A DNA stretch of 63,456 nt, filler included, from Reclinomonas americana ATCC 50394 (lineage: Eukaryota), in NCBI GenBank assembly GCA_048213135.1. It is 6 parts of 2 records of this genome, joined end to end, with 100 filler letters (N's around TTAATTAATTAA, not from the genome) between each part and the next. Parts side by side here need not be neighbours in the genome. Positions count along the whole stretch, not along the records: positions 34,264 to 41,943 come from PS015066.1; positions 42,044 to 44,999 come from PS015066.1; positions 45,100 to 58,154 come from PS015066.1; 3 more parts are not named here. One strand, given 5' to 3'. Of this stretch, positions 36,732-48,883 are shown piece after piece (positions within the stretch are counted from its first letter, which is position 1; each line of letters starts with the position of its first letter). A program made the position numbers and the translations under genes. The notes under the pieces were generated by a model. It was not told where the DNA came from. It ran no database searches and saw only the letters and a list, made by a program, of their open reading frames with translations.

Positions 36732-39700
36732 TCAACGCTTCTTGCTGCCAGTGCGCGGCTGCTTCTTCGAGGGTTCATCGGCAGCAGGCGAGTCTGAAAA
36801 TGAAACGCGGCGACTGCCAGACGGTGAGGAGGACGAGCCGGCAGCCGCAGAGGAGGGCGATACGGAGTGGTGACGCTTGCGCTCCGCGCGAGGAACCGAC
36901 ACTGCGTCGACGAGCAATGCTGTCAGCGTGCATCGGTACCTCCTGCTGGCCATCATGAGACAAGTACACTCACCTCCGGGAGACAGCACGTCGATCTCCA
37001 TACCATTGCTCGGCCTCTCAATGCGTTGGAAAACAAGCGGCACTAGAACCAGCCGCTGGTGTCCATCACGGGAGGTAAAGCGAGCAAACGTCACCATGAA
37101 CATGTGCGAGTCGGAGAGCGCTCGTTTGTGCAAACGGCTCGACAGCTCCTTCGGTGGACGCTCCAGCCGCTCGACTTTGTCTCGGTGGTGACGAGGGAAC
37201 AACACAAACTGGAATGCGCCACGAGCGCCACCCGCAGCCCGCTGAGGAACGATGACACGAATCTACGGCCAACAGAAGACGACGATGAGAGATTGTCGCA
37301 CACAATGATGCTGATGACATGCGTTCACCGGTGTGCGCAGCACATAGGCCAAGTGCTCGAGAATAATGCCATCTCCAGGAGTCTCCGGCTGCGCAGATGT
37401 CAAAATCGCAACAGCCGGACAGTGAGAAGATATNNNNNNNNNNNNNNNNNNNNCGAGACTTGAATCAAATCAGCGCGCATGCACACTCGCCTGCTCCATG
37501 TCGGTAAGGTACTGGTTCATGTCGCGAATGCGATACCGCCACTGGAAGTATTCTTGTGCCTCAGCAGATCGATACCACAGGCGAATTTTCTCACACAGCA
37601 GACTGCGCCACTCTGCACTATGGCGTGTACCAGCCTGCGAAAGTGCATGTCAGAGCGAGAACGCACTTCAGTCAAACGAGAGCAGCAGTCTAACCTCCAG
37701 GCCCACAAGGAAGCTGATGCTTTCAAACAAAGTGCACTCTCCTTGCCTTGCGAGCCACTCCACGAAGGCTGGACTCGGAATCAGTCGCAACGAGCGCTTG
37801 CTCTCACTGGTGATGCCATTGGCAATGAGTTCCTCCCATGCCAGGTACCTGCATTCAACATGTGAGTAACCAGTGACAACTTCGAGTTGCTTGAAAACCT
37901 GTAAATACCTCTCGTATTCGGCGCATTGTGGCGACACATCAAGAAGGTCCTCATCGTATGGGCAGTGTCGTAGGTCGGTGAATGTTTTTGTTCGCAGACG
38001 ATGGCAGTCCAATCCCTTCAAATCAACTGTGCACCATTGAGGACAAGTTATGACATGCGAATGTTGCGCACATACAAGACTGAATCATGCTCGCACGCAA
38101 CATCGGAGTCCGAATTCGAAAGACGACTGCAGCAGCTCCTTGCACAGCTCCTGATGGTTGATTGGATCGACATCCTCCAGTCGGAGGGAGCTTGCCCATT
38201 CACGCGCCGTTTCACAGGCTCGAATCAACTCAGCAACCTGGCGATGATCTCCATGATGAACTGCAACCGGAGTATACGACAGCGCGTCCACAAGAGTGTC
38301 GCGCAGCACAACAAAGAGCCCAAAAACGAGTTTCGATCCAGACTCCCGATCAAAGCGGCTGAGCCAGTTTGTCTGAGCCCGCTTGATTTCGCCTTTGACA
38401 AGCACGCCGAACTCAGCAACACAAAGGGCAAGAGTGTCGGCCAACTGGGACTCGTCCAACTCCCCGACTTTGCGAGTGAGGTCACGCAGTCTCTGCATCA
38501 ATAACCAGCCGTGAGACACATTTGCGTGATGCTCTGAAAACCTAAACGACTGTTGGACAGAACATGCACGATAACGCACCTCTGGTCTCACGCGCATAAG
38601 CTCTCGCAGTGGTCGCAAAGCAGAAAACAGGAAGCCAAGGACATATGACATCTTCAGTTTTGTCTTCTTTCCAATCCAGTGCGACAGACAGAAATTGTCC
38701 TTGATGTGCTGCATCAACACGGGGTGGACAGACTACGAAGCATGTTGCACAACTTAGTCACAACAACAAACAATAAGTCGCATTCCTTGTTACTCGGTGA
38801 ACAAACCCGCATCAGCATTGGCAGCTGCGCCTCCACATAGGACCACTCAGGAAGGTCTTCGCAGTGTTCACGCAGGAGCCCCTCGAGGCAAGGGAAAGCG
38901 AGCTCGTGAAACTTCTGAGTGGCCATCTCGATAAACCGATGCCGCAAAGGTGGAATGTCGGTCACAGACTTGCGGAAGTACCGCCACAACTTCACCAGGT
39001 TACGATAAAATCAGCGTATTAAGCTTCAAAGCCGCAACAAAGTTGGCAGTGTAGTTGTACCTTTGTGAGCTTTATAGTTCCAGGCTGCGTGCGCACGATC
39101 TCCTCTTGCAAGTCTGCAGGAGACATGCCTCTCCACGATTGAAGGAGGGGCTTGATCACATTTTCGTTTGTAATGATGGCTCGAAGATTCTGCATCACTT
39201 GCGACGGTAAGCTCGCACAGGCTCAATGTCCCTTTCACATACGGACCAGACAGACCTCAATCTCCTGATCCACCAACATGCAGGCTTGATCAGTCACGAG
39301 CGCCTCAAACGGCTCAATCAGCTGAGAACGATCTATTAGTTGACGGTATCACCTGCGATTCGTCTTATCGCCGCACCTCGCTGATGATGACATCGCATAC
39401 GTCAGTGCAAACCGGCGAGATAAAATGCCAATTCTTCTTCGACAGCGCATCCACGAACTTGTCTCTCTTGCCTTGGTCATCGGCAGACTAAACGAGTGAC
39501 ATCGCAACATTAGTTCTTCACACTGAAACACGGTTTTGAGAGGGACGTACTGATTGAAGCCTCCGTTCGAATTCCTCGTACAGCCGACTGGCAATTTGCT
39601 CCACACCGGTGATCTCAGCAGCAAACTGTGGAATGACTCCGAGTACATCATTCTTGTCGGCAAATGCAGCAATGATGCCCATCAGGAGCAGCATATCCGT

Positions 39701-41943
39701 TTTCTCCAAGGCGGCATCTTGATCCTCAAAACTAAAGTCGTGGCAGGAAGACTTCAGCTCGGCAGTGCTGTATTACACCGAAGAACAACGGATCAGTGTC
39801 CGGTAGAATGAATGACACACTACAGATCTCTACAGACACACAACATATTTTTACCTCGTGGCCATCAGCGAGACAGCCAATGTAGGGAATGCCGTCAGGC
39901 AAAATACTCCCTTCTCAGCTCCTTTCAGCAGTTCGGCCTTTGACTTCCCGGGATACTGCTGAGAATAATGATGTGATTTTGCGACGTGGGTCCCAAGCAC
40001 ACCAAGCTTCTGCCTTTGCGGAAAAAGGCCTCGGTTGTGTCCTGCACGATGGCGACTCGGTTATCGATAGCATGGCAACAAGCAGCAACACGTGCACATG
40101 CCATTCGGTACGCACTTTTTCAAACTCGTCGTGTCTACTCTGTGTACGATCTTGGGCCAGCACCCGTGCGCCAATACGATCCTGCGCGCAGCAAGGACAA
40201 CTGTTAAGTCGCCGACAGCCAGTGAGGCCGGCAGACTTGCACACATCACCCGCAAAGCAAACAGCAACTTCTTGAGTCATATCTTTTTCCACAGACTGCA
40301 CGAATATCACCTGCGCTGTGCCCTCCACGACTTGGTCAAGGAGTGCCCCTGCGAGATCGAGAGGATCGCATATGGCGTGAGATAACAATGTCGTGGCGAA
40401 TATTTACCAGTCAGTGTTTCGTACCATTCTCCTCCAGCGCTCTCTTCACAGCGTCAGCAGCACCCAACGACTTGGCAGTGAGCGCTATGACAATCTTACG
40501 ATTGGAGCTGTTGAGAGCAACGCGCCGCTGGTGCGCGCGCAGAACGTCAGGGTCCTCAGTGCCTAGGAAACATTGTCGACGTCAGCCAGATGCGTCTGCA
40601 CTTCGGACCCAGCAACAGCAAAAAAAAAAAACAACAAACCGGCAGTGTCGACCAACACAATCGGGCGCTGAAGCAGAACGCTCGGCACAAACAGCACCAC
40701 GCGGCTCAGCATCACCGACTGTATCGATTGAGGGTACGATGAATGCGAGAATTACAAGTGCTGTCTATTCACACATCATCCAAGGCACAACGCACCCGCG
40801 CTCGCAGCTCAGGGTCGTCGTCAAAATTAGCCACAGTGGAAGCGAGTAGCTCACGGATCCACATGCGATCGGCGACAATATCACCACTGCCACGGTAGAC
40901 AAGAGTGCGATTGGATAACTGAGAAGCGCAAAGACAGACGTCAGAGTGAGTAACAGCAGCGATCCGATAATGTGATCAGCACCACAGACACACCAGAGAG
41001 ACGACGGGTAAAAGCTTTTCGTTGAGATGCACCATGTCGGCGGAGAGCAGTTCCTTGAGTTTCTCATTGCGTACTCCCGGGCGCTCGAATAGTTCGTCTT
41101 CCGACACCAATGAATCGACGCAATCAGGGCGCAAGAGCTGCAGAAGTAATCAGTAGTCCACAAGCTTGTACGCACCAAACGAAAGTAGAGTCTAGAACAC
41201 ACCGCCGCAAAGCGCTCCAGAGCACTCTCAACCACATCATCGTTATCGCTGCACGCGTCTTGCTCCAGCTCCTTTTTCAGCTCGGAAATGGGAAAGCACT
41301 GCACCAGCAGCTCGTACGCCTGGCTGAACATGATCCACGTGTTGACCGAGGTTGTGGCTCTCGCACCACTGCGATAAATTAGATGCCTATCACCTACTCT
41401 GCGAAGCACGAGCCACAACGAGGCGTACCGAGTGCTTGGGCATATGTAGTTGTATGGCTCTGCTTCCACACCGTCGCCAGGCATCTTGCCAGTCAGCGTG
41501 CACTGCAGCATTTCGCTAACATTCTTCTGCTCCATGGCAAGGAACGGACCCGTGATCACTTGCTCGGCAGCACTGTTAGCTGCCTTGTCTCCTTTGCCAC
41601 TCTGTATAAAGTTAGAAAACAACGAGGCCGACGACATGTTCTCTTCGGCACACGAATATGCACGCAACTATCGCGTCATTCAAAGTGAGCAACTGGACAT
41701 GCAGGGGACATTCAGCAGCCAGTGGTCGACCATTCGATACAACTGAGTCAGTGCCAAAGGTCGGAGTAGTGCTGTGACACTCGCGGTACTCGAGCGCATT
41801 GATTTCCTGCGTGCAGCACGGTATGACCAAGATAATCGATTGGTCAAACACAAGCAACTGGTAACGCACTGTCATGCACACAAGCGAGTTGATGAACGTG
41901 GTTTTTCCAACGCCAGTGTTGCCAAGCAAAATAACTTGCAGCA
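36732..41943 (-). CDS. Large dynamin-like P-loop GTPase (Dynamin_N, NUGGC/SLIP-GC-like), 5'-partial, many exons
   Basis: G1 LLGNTGVGKTTFINSL; G3 region VPSVLLQRPIVLVDTAG|TEDPD near 40560-40720; helical downstream exons; basic C-terminus PSKKQPRTGSKKR. That all downstream exons belong to one gene is inferred. Confidence 0.55.
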
Positions 41944-41987
41944 NNNNNNNNNNNNNNNNNNNNNNNNNNNNNNNNNNNNNNNNNNNN

Positions 41988-41999
41988 TTAATTAATTAA
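41988..41999. other. Artificial scaffold linker TTAATTAATTAA
   Basis: N-flanked linker. Confidence 0.95.
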
Positions 42000-42069
42000 N
42001 NNNNNNNNNNNNNNNNNNNNNNNNNNNNNNNNNNNNNNNNNNNTTCCTCCTCCTCTCTCTCTACTCTAC

Positions 42070-42123
<54 letters not shown>

Positions 42124-42569
42124 GCTGTACTTCTCACCTCCTGCATTCCACTCCGTCCGCTCCACTCTTCACATCTCCTTCTTTACACTTCTTCTTCCGC
42201 TCACTCCACACCCTTGAAAGTTCTCTTGCTCTCATTCCTCTCCCTCTTTCTCTCCTCTCTCCTCTGCTGTCTCAGCCTCTCCTCGTGCTTTCCACTCAAT
42301 CTACCTCCTTTCCTTTCTCGCTCTCTTCTTGCTCTGCGCTCTCCACCTTACTATCCATCTCTCTCTCGCCTCCAGCGTCTGCTTCCAATTGTGCTCCGCT
42401 CATTCCCTCCCCTTATCTCTCTTGCGCACTCTCTTTTTACTCCCTCACCTCTTGCGTTCCACTCCACTCCTGCTCCTCTCGTCTTGTCAGCCGTCTGCTC
42501 CTTCATCGCATCTCCTCTCCCTTCCCTGCCCTGACCCTTCTCCGCTTCTCACCCCTTCTCCCTCCTCAG

Positions 42570-44334
42570 CACCTTCTCCCCGGAGAAACCCTGCGAGGTC
42601 GTCCGCACCGAACGCCAATGTCACGTGTACTACGAGTGCGAGCCCGACTTTTGGATGTTGATGGTGACCAGCCTGCCCCCCCTCCACCCTCCCGCGATTG
42701 TCCGTGCACTCACCACGCTGGTCGTGCGCAGTCGGTGTGTCACCCGCAGAGCACGCGCATCGTCAAAGGCCGGGAGACGGTGGTGTATGACAACACGTTT
42801 TTGGATGAGTCTGTGCTGTCGGTTGTGTTGCGGCATTCGTATGCGGCGTTCCGAGTTGCGTTTCCTCTTGTCGTGCGCCCAAGGTGGTCTTCACGGAAAT
42901 CTTTTCATTGACATTCTCCAACTTCCTGCCTGCGCTCTCTTTCTCTTCTCCACTGCGCATTCCGCTTGCTGTGATTGCTTCTGAACTGTGTCTGATCAGT
43001 CTCCTCTTCCCTCTTCTCCCCGCTGTGCATTCCGCGTGCTGTGGTAGCTCTTGGTCCGCCTTCGTTTCCTCTCTTCTCCTCTCCGTGCTCATTCCGCTTG
43101 CTGTGGTTGCTCTTGGTCCGCCTGCCTATCCTCTCTTCTCCACTCCGCTACGCGTTTCGCGTGCTGTGGTTACTCTCGATACCCCTGCCTCTCCTCTCCT
43201 CTTCCTCTCTGCTGCCCATTATGCGTCATGTGGTCGCTCGTGGACCGTCTTGTTCAGGTAAAAATCTTGTCTCTCCTTTCCTCCTTCACTGCTTTGCATT
43301 CCGAACACTGCGGTCACTGTTTCCCTCACACTCATCCCCTCTCGCCCTCTCCTCCCTCTTCCCTGTGGATTCCGTGTGCTCTTGGTCGCTCTTGTGCCGT
43401 CTTCTTCTTGTTTAGTGAGGTGTTGTCTCTCTTCTCGTCCGTACATCCCGTGTGCTACAGTCGTTCGCGAACCGTCTTGTTCTTGTAAGATCTTGTATCT
43501 CTCTTTCACTCCCTCTCTGTTGCGCATCTGCGTACTCTGCTCCTCTCTCTGCGCCGTGCATTTCGCGTGCTTCGGGCTTCCCTCTCCTCCCCTCCCCCCC
43601 CCCCCTCCTTTCCCCTTCCCCCTTCCCCCTCTCCCACCCTTCCCCCTCCCACCCCTTCCCCCCCTCTTCAGCTCTTCCACGGCTCGATGACCGCTCTCGC
43701 CGAAAAATACTCGGTCGCCGCCCTCCGCGAATCCCTCGACGCCTTCTTCCGACCACACCTCGCCACCCTCGACTTCTCCACCCTCGACCTCTTCGAGGCC
43801 CTGGACGGCATTCGCTTCGTGCCAGTGGCGCGCGACGCCTTCCTACACGCGACGCACTGTGTGTTCACCGTGCAGAATCGGCACCCGCAGATTCACCACA
43901 CGGTGCTGCTGTTCGACGGTCACTTGGTGAGTGTGGAAAAAAGGAGGTGCTGCTGCTGTTGACGGACGACTCACCACGTGCCGTGCAGGTGTGGAGCGGC
44001 TTGCCACAGCAGGAGATGCGGGTACTCTATCGCTACCTGATTCACACCATGCCACAAGAGACGCTCGTGGCCTCGACCGCGCACGCCGTCCAGCGATGCT
44101 TCCCGCCACTGGCCACCGCACTCGCCGCCGCTCGGCATGGAACGTGAGTGGAAGAGTCGTACCGTCGCATTTTGTTGTTGGCGGTGACTCACAGTCTCTT
44201 GCAGTCGCGAGGGCGAACGACTCACGGAGACCTACCTCACGGGCCCCGACGATCTCGTGGGCGAGTCAATCACCTTTAACGCGCCGCGTGTGTACGTTTG
44301 CGGGACGGAGGAGTTGCACTTGGTGGTGTACAAG
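42570..44334 (+). CDS. CCZ1: Vacuolar fusion protein CCZ1 (internal fragment)
   Basis: TFSPEKPCEVVRTERQ..YECEPDFWMLM...LRHSYAAFR|LFHGSM...DLFEALDGIRFVPV...LLFDGHL|VWSGLPQQEMRVLYRYL. Confidence 0.88.
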
Positions 44335-45043
44335 GTGAGGCGGTTCGCACCCGACTCAAGTGGGAGAGAGAGGCAGCAACTCAGAGATGTGTAGAGTAAG
44401 AGTTCAGTTCGCCATTCCCGCGCATTCCACTTCCTCCTCGCATGCTTGTTTCTCTTTCTGTAACAGACTGCAATGTTCAATCCTCTCCTCTCTTCCCTTC
44501 TCCCCGTTGCTGTTGCAGATTATCTTTCTCTCTCTTGCCCTTATATACAGTCTCGCCGACTGCCTCTCTACTCTCTGTGTCCTTTCTCCCTCCCTGGCCG
44601 TCTCCTGAACTCTTCTTCTCTTCTTTCTTCTCTGTCTCTCTTTTTTCAGTTTTCAGTCCTCCTATCTGTCAGTCTCATCGTCTTGTCTCTCTTGTCTCTT
44701 TGTTTTTTCTCCCTTCCTGTCCCTCTTTCCTCCTGTGATCTTCCCGTTTCTCTCGCGGCTCCCCCGTCTTCGGTTCCTGTCCCCTCTCACCAATCCAGAT
44801 TTCTCTCTCAGTCGCCGTTTATTTCTTTCATTTCTTTGTTGTCGACTCTGCCAGTCTCTTGCTCTCCCTCGGCTGGACTCTCTCTCTCTCTCTCTCTCCT
44901 CTTCCCATTTCACTCCCGTTTTCAGTGTCTGCTCTCCGTCCCTCGCCATCTCTTCGTGTTTCTCTCTTCTGACTCTTCCTCAACTCTCTCTTCTTTCTGN
45001 NNNNNNNNNNNNNNNNNNNNNNNNNNNNNNNNNNNNNNNNNNN

Positions 45044-45055
45044 TTAATTAATTAA
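45044..45055. other. Artificial scaffold linker TTAATTAATTAA
   Basis: N-flanked linker. Confidence 0.95.
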
Positions 45056-45099
45056 NNNNNNNNNNNNNNNNNNNNNNNNNNNNNNNNNNNNNNNNNNNN

Positions 45100-45549
45100 G
45101 GGGACAACACGGTGAGAGTGTGGTCAGTTACGAGCGGGGAGGAGGTGCGACGTTTCGATGGACACACTGAGTGGGTGTCGTCTGTCGCTGTTACTCCCGA
45201 TGGTCAGCACGTCGTGAGCGGAAGCGATGACAGCACCGCGCGGGTGTGGTCGCTGGTGAGTGGGGAGAAAGTGCGACTGTTGGAGGGGCACACTGGATGG
45301 GTGTCATCCATCGCCGTCTCTCCCGATGGTCAGCACATTGTGAGTGCGGGTGGCGCCGACCACGACAAGACCGTGAGAGTGTGGTCCACACCGCGTGGCC
45401 TCGCTCGTCTCGAACTCGACGCCGCGCGCTCGGCCATGCAGGCTGTGCAAGAGATGCAGGAGGAAGAAGTAGATTCACGATGCCTTCCCGAGCTGGTTCT
45501 GCGCTGTTTTATCGTCGAAGATGCCGAGGTCGTCTTTTTTCGGTGCTGA
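45100..45549 (+). CDS. Highly repetitive WD40 protein, copy 1 (5'-truncated by scaffold edge)
   Basis: 42-aa GH..WS repeats plus tail WSTPRGLARLELDAAR...LPELVLRCF. Confidence 0.88.
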   Translation, partial: GDNTVRVWSVTSGEEVRRFDGHTEWVSSVAVTPDGQHVVSGSDDSTARVWSLVSGEKVRLLEGHTGWVSSIAVSPDGQHIVSAGGADHDKTVRVWSTPRGLARLELDAARSAMQAVQEMQEEEVDSRCLPELVLRCFIVEDAEVVFFRC

Positions 45550-47717
45550 GTCGGTGAGTCGAAGGAAGAGAAGGTGGCTGCTGGTGATTGTGAGTTGTTT
45601 TTCTTGTTGTGCGAGGGAGAATGGGTGATCATGCGGGTGCGGGTGGGGGAAGAGAGATTGTTGATGATGCAGAATTGTTCTCCGTGCTGGTTTCCCTGTC
45701 ATGTGAATGTGACTGTGCGGGCGTGAAGCATGTCTCCCTCTGTTTACGTCTCTCTTTCTCACCTCAATTGGTGTGTGCCAGTGCGATGAATCACCTGGGA
45801 GTCTCTTGCGTTATTTGTCTTGTTGTGAAGTCTGTTGTGTGTGCATCTTATTCGTGCATGTGTGTGCCTCATGAGATCGAGTCGCCGTTGTCTCTTTCCT
45901 CGCGTCTTCTTTTTTGCGCACCGCTTTGGCATCACTGCTCTGCTTCCCATTGTGCCTGTGCGCCGTGCACATTCTCCTTCCGACTGCGAAGATTGCCTGT
46001 CTTTCAGCTCTCTTTTTCCTGCCTCCTGCAGAGTCTATCTCTTTCTCCGCCATCTTCCTGCCTTTGTGCGCTCATCTGATTCCCCAGAAATCCACCCCTC
46101 CTTGCCGCACACGCTCGAGGTCGAGCTGCTGGTCCGCTCATCATGCACCGACTGTCATCGCATTGGGCAGTCCATCATGGTGAGCATCTCGACTCCGAAG
46201 TGTGTGAGGTGGCGTACCTGCATACTAACTCTGCTCCTTCACTCCCTTGCAAGATGGTTGCGTGAGCGTCCCTTGGCTTGCCTCTTGCCCAAACGCGTGC
46301 GTTGGCATCAGATTCTGATCGGTGTGTTCGTCATTGAGACAAGAGCAGATATCTCTCTCCTTCCTCCATTCTTCGCTCACAGTGTACCGACATGCAGGCA
46401 CCTTAGGGGCAGGCCATTCTCCTTGTCCCGTAATGATTGCAGGCGTGCTGTCACCTCACTCAGTCGGCTCCACACCTGAATCCCACCAATGCACGATGCA
46501 GGTGTGTGGCCCTGTTCTTCGTGATCTCTCTCTCTTCTTTCTCTCCCACTCACCTCATTCATGCAGGCCGTGCAGGCCATGGAGAGCGTGGCGTGGTGGG
46601 TGTACACATGTGTGTCGTGATGTGCGATGGATGGCCTTGTCGGTGGATCGTTTTCAATCCCGGCTGGCAAGTCGGAGCGGATCGATGATGTGCGCACCTT
46701 GGCTGCCGCCGTCTCTGTCGAGTGATGATGCTGGTGGCCATGGAAGACTGCAGACACGTGCTCGGCAATCTACTCATGGGTGGACACATGCGTGTCGTGT
46801 TTCCCGATGGGTGGTCTGGTCGGTGGATCGTTCTCAATCCCGGTTGGCAAGTCAGAGCGGATCGATGATGTGCGCACGTTGGTTGCTGCTCACACTGCCG
46901 AATGACGATGGTGATGGCCATGGGAGACTGCAGACGCGCGCGTGGCTTGGTACGTACGTGTTCTGCATCTGCGTTGAGGAACAAGTTGGTGAGACTTGGA
47001 GATTGACGTCGACTGACTCAGTTCTGTGTGACAGGCGTGCTGGCAAGTGACTCGTCACTGGCATGCGAAGACACGTGGTTCCGTGCCACACAGTGCATGC
47101 GCGAGACGATTTACCGACCGACTGTGAGGATGATTGAAGGCGCGAGGCATTGATTGTGAGTTGGGTGAGAGGAGGCGAGCCTCACGATGCAGCTGCCTCG
47201 TCCATCGCTGTGCACGTGCTACTGTACTGGTCGCTCCTCTCCTGTTCCCTGTGACTCTCCTTCTTCGGCGTACCATCATCGTGCCCCTCATCAAGCTCTC
47301 TGTGGGCCGATCCAAGGAGGCTTGAGGTTTCGAAGACTCGGTGCTTAATGGATTCTCGGGTGTGCCGTGGCATGAGCACACCAGGGGCACAGCTGCGTAT
47401 CCAAGCAGACCGACATGCCAGTCCTCGTTGAGAGAGAATGTAGGTCAGTCGAAAGAGAGTGTCGCTGGTCAGCAGCACAGTGCAGTGGAGCGCCACCTGG
47501 TGTCGCCAGCATGTCCATTCTGCCGATTTCTCATCGACCTGTCCCATGTCGGTCTTCAAAAGCCACATCGTTCACGCACTACCGCATGCTGTGTGGGGTG
47601 TTGGCTGCAGCCTGGCGAGCGATGGACGACGTCTCAGAGCAAGGCGAGAGAAGAAAGGCGGGAAACGGTGACAATCAGGAGCGAGCAAAACACACACATA
47701 ACACACACGCACGGAGA

Positions 47718-48883
47718 ATGACAACAAAGGTGGGAATGTGTGCGCACTTTTGCGTGGTTGGTGTCTGTGCGTGCATTGGTGTGCTTGTGCATGTGTGTGG
47801 TTGTTGTTTTTGTGTGTTTGTGCATGTGTGTCTCACCGCGAATGATCGACACAGATCATTCAGAGTCTCGCTTCTTCGGTGCGGTCCGTCGCCGTCACTC
47901 CCGATTGTCAGCACATTGTCGGTGGGTGCATGGACAACACGATTCGAGTGTGGTCTCTGGCGAGTGGGGAAGAAGTGCGACGGCTGGAGGGACACGCTGG
48001 CGCGGTGTTCTCTGTCGCCGTCACTCTTGATGGTCAGCTTATTGTCAGTGGCGGTGGAGACTGTACCGTGCGTGTGTGGTCGCTGGCGAGTGGGGAAGAG
48101 GTGCGACGGTTAGAGGGACACGCCGACACGGTGATGTCTGTCGCCATCACTCCTGAGGGTCATCACATCGTGAGTGGGAGCTGGGACTGCTTAGTGCGGG
48201 TGTGGTCGCTGGCGAGTGGCAAGGAGGTGCGACGGATGGAAGGACACACCGACACGGTGTGGTCTGTCGCCGTCACCCCCGATAGTGAGCACATTGTGAG
48301 TGCTAGCTACGATAGCACAGTGCGGGTGTGGTTGCTGGCGAGCGGGGAAGAGGTGCGGCGGTTAGAGGGACACACTGACTGGGTGCAGTCTGTCGCTGTT
48401 ACTCCAGATGGTCAGCACATCGTAAGCGGAGGCGCGGACAACACAGTGCGGGTATGGTCGCTGATAAGTGGAGACCAAGTGCGACGATTGGAGGGACACA
48501 CTGGAAGGGTGCGCGCCGTCGCTGTTACTCCCGACGGCCAGCATGTCGTGAGTGGGAGCAAGGACAGCACAGTGCGGATGTGGTCTCTGGTGAGTGGCGA
48601 GGAAGAGCGATGGTTGGAGGGACATGACGGATGGGTGTCGTCTGTGGCCGTCTCTCCCAATGGTCAGCACATTGTGAGTGCGGGTGGCTACGACAGGACG
48701 GTGCGAGTGTGGTCCACGCCGCGTGGCCTCGCTCGTCTCGAACTCGACGCCGCGCGCTCGGCCATGCAAGCTGTGCAAGATATGCAGGAGGACGAGGAGG
48801 AAGTAGATTCTCGATCCCTTCCCGAGATGGTTCTGCGCTGTTTCATCGTCGAGGATGCCGAGGTCGTCCTTTTCCGGTGCTGA
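47718..48883 (+). CDS. Highly repetitive WD40 protein, copy 2 (7 repeats plus tail)
   Basis: 4-codon first exon MTTK, intron 47730-47854, seven 126-nt repeats, conserved tail. Confidence 0.9.

Noticed and set aside
47182-47568. Minus-strand ORF repeated upstream of each WD40 copy as a partner gene
   Set aside because: The homologous segment near 50460-50720 has in-frame stops and indels; similarity reflects recent duplication, not coding constraint.
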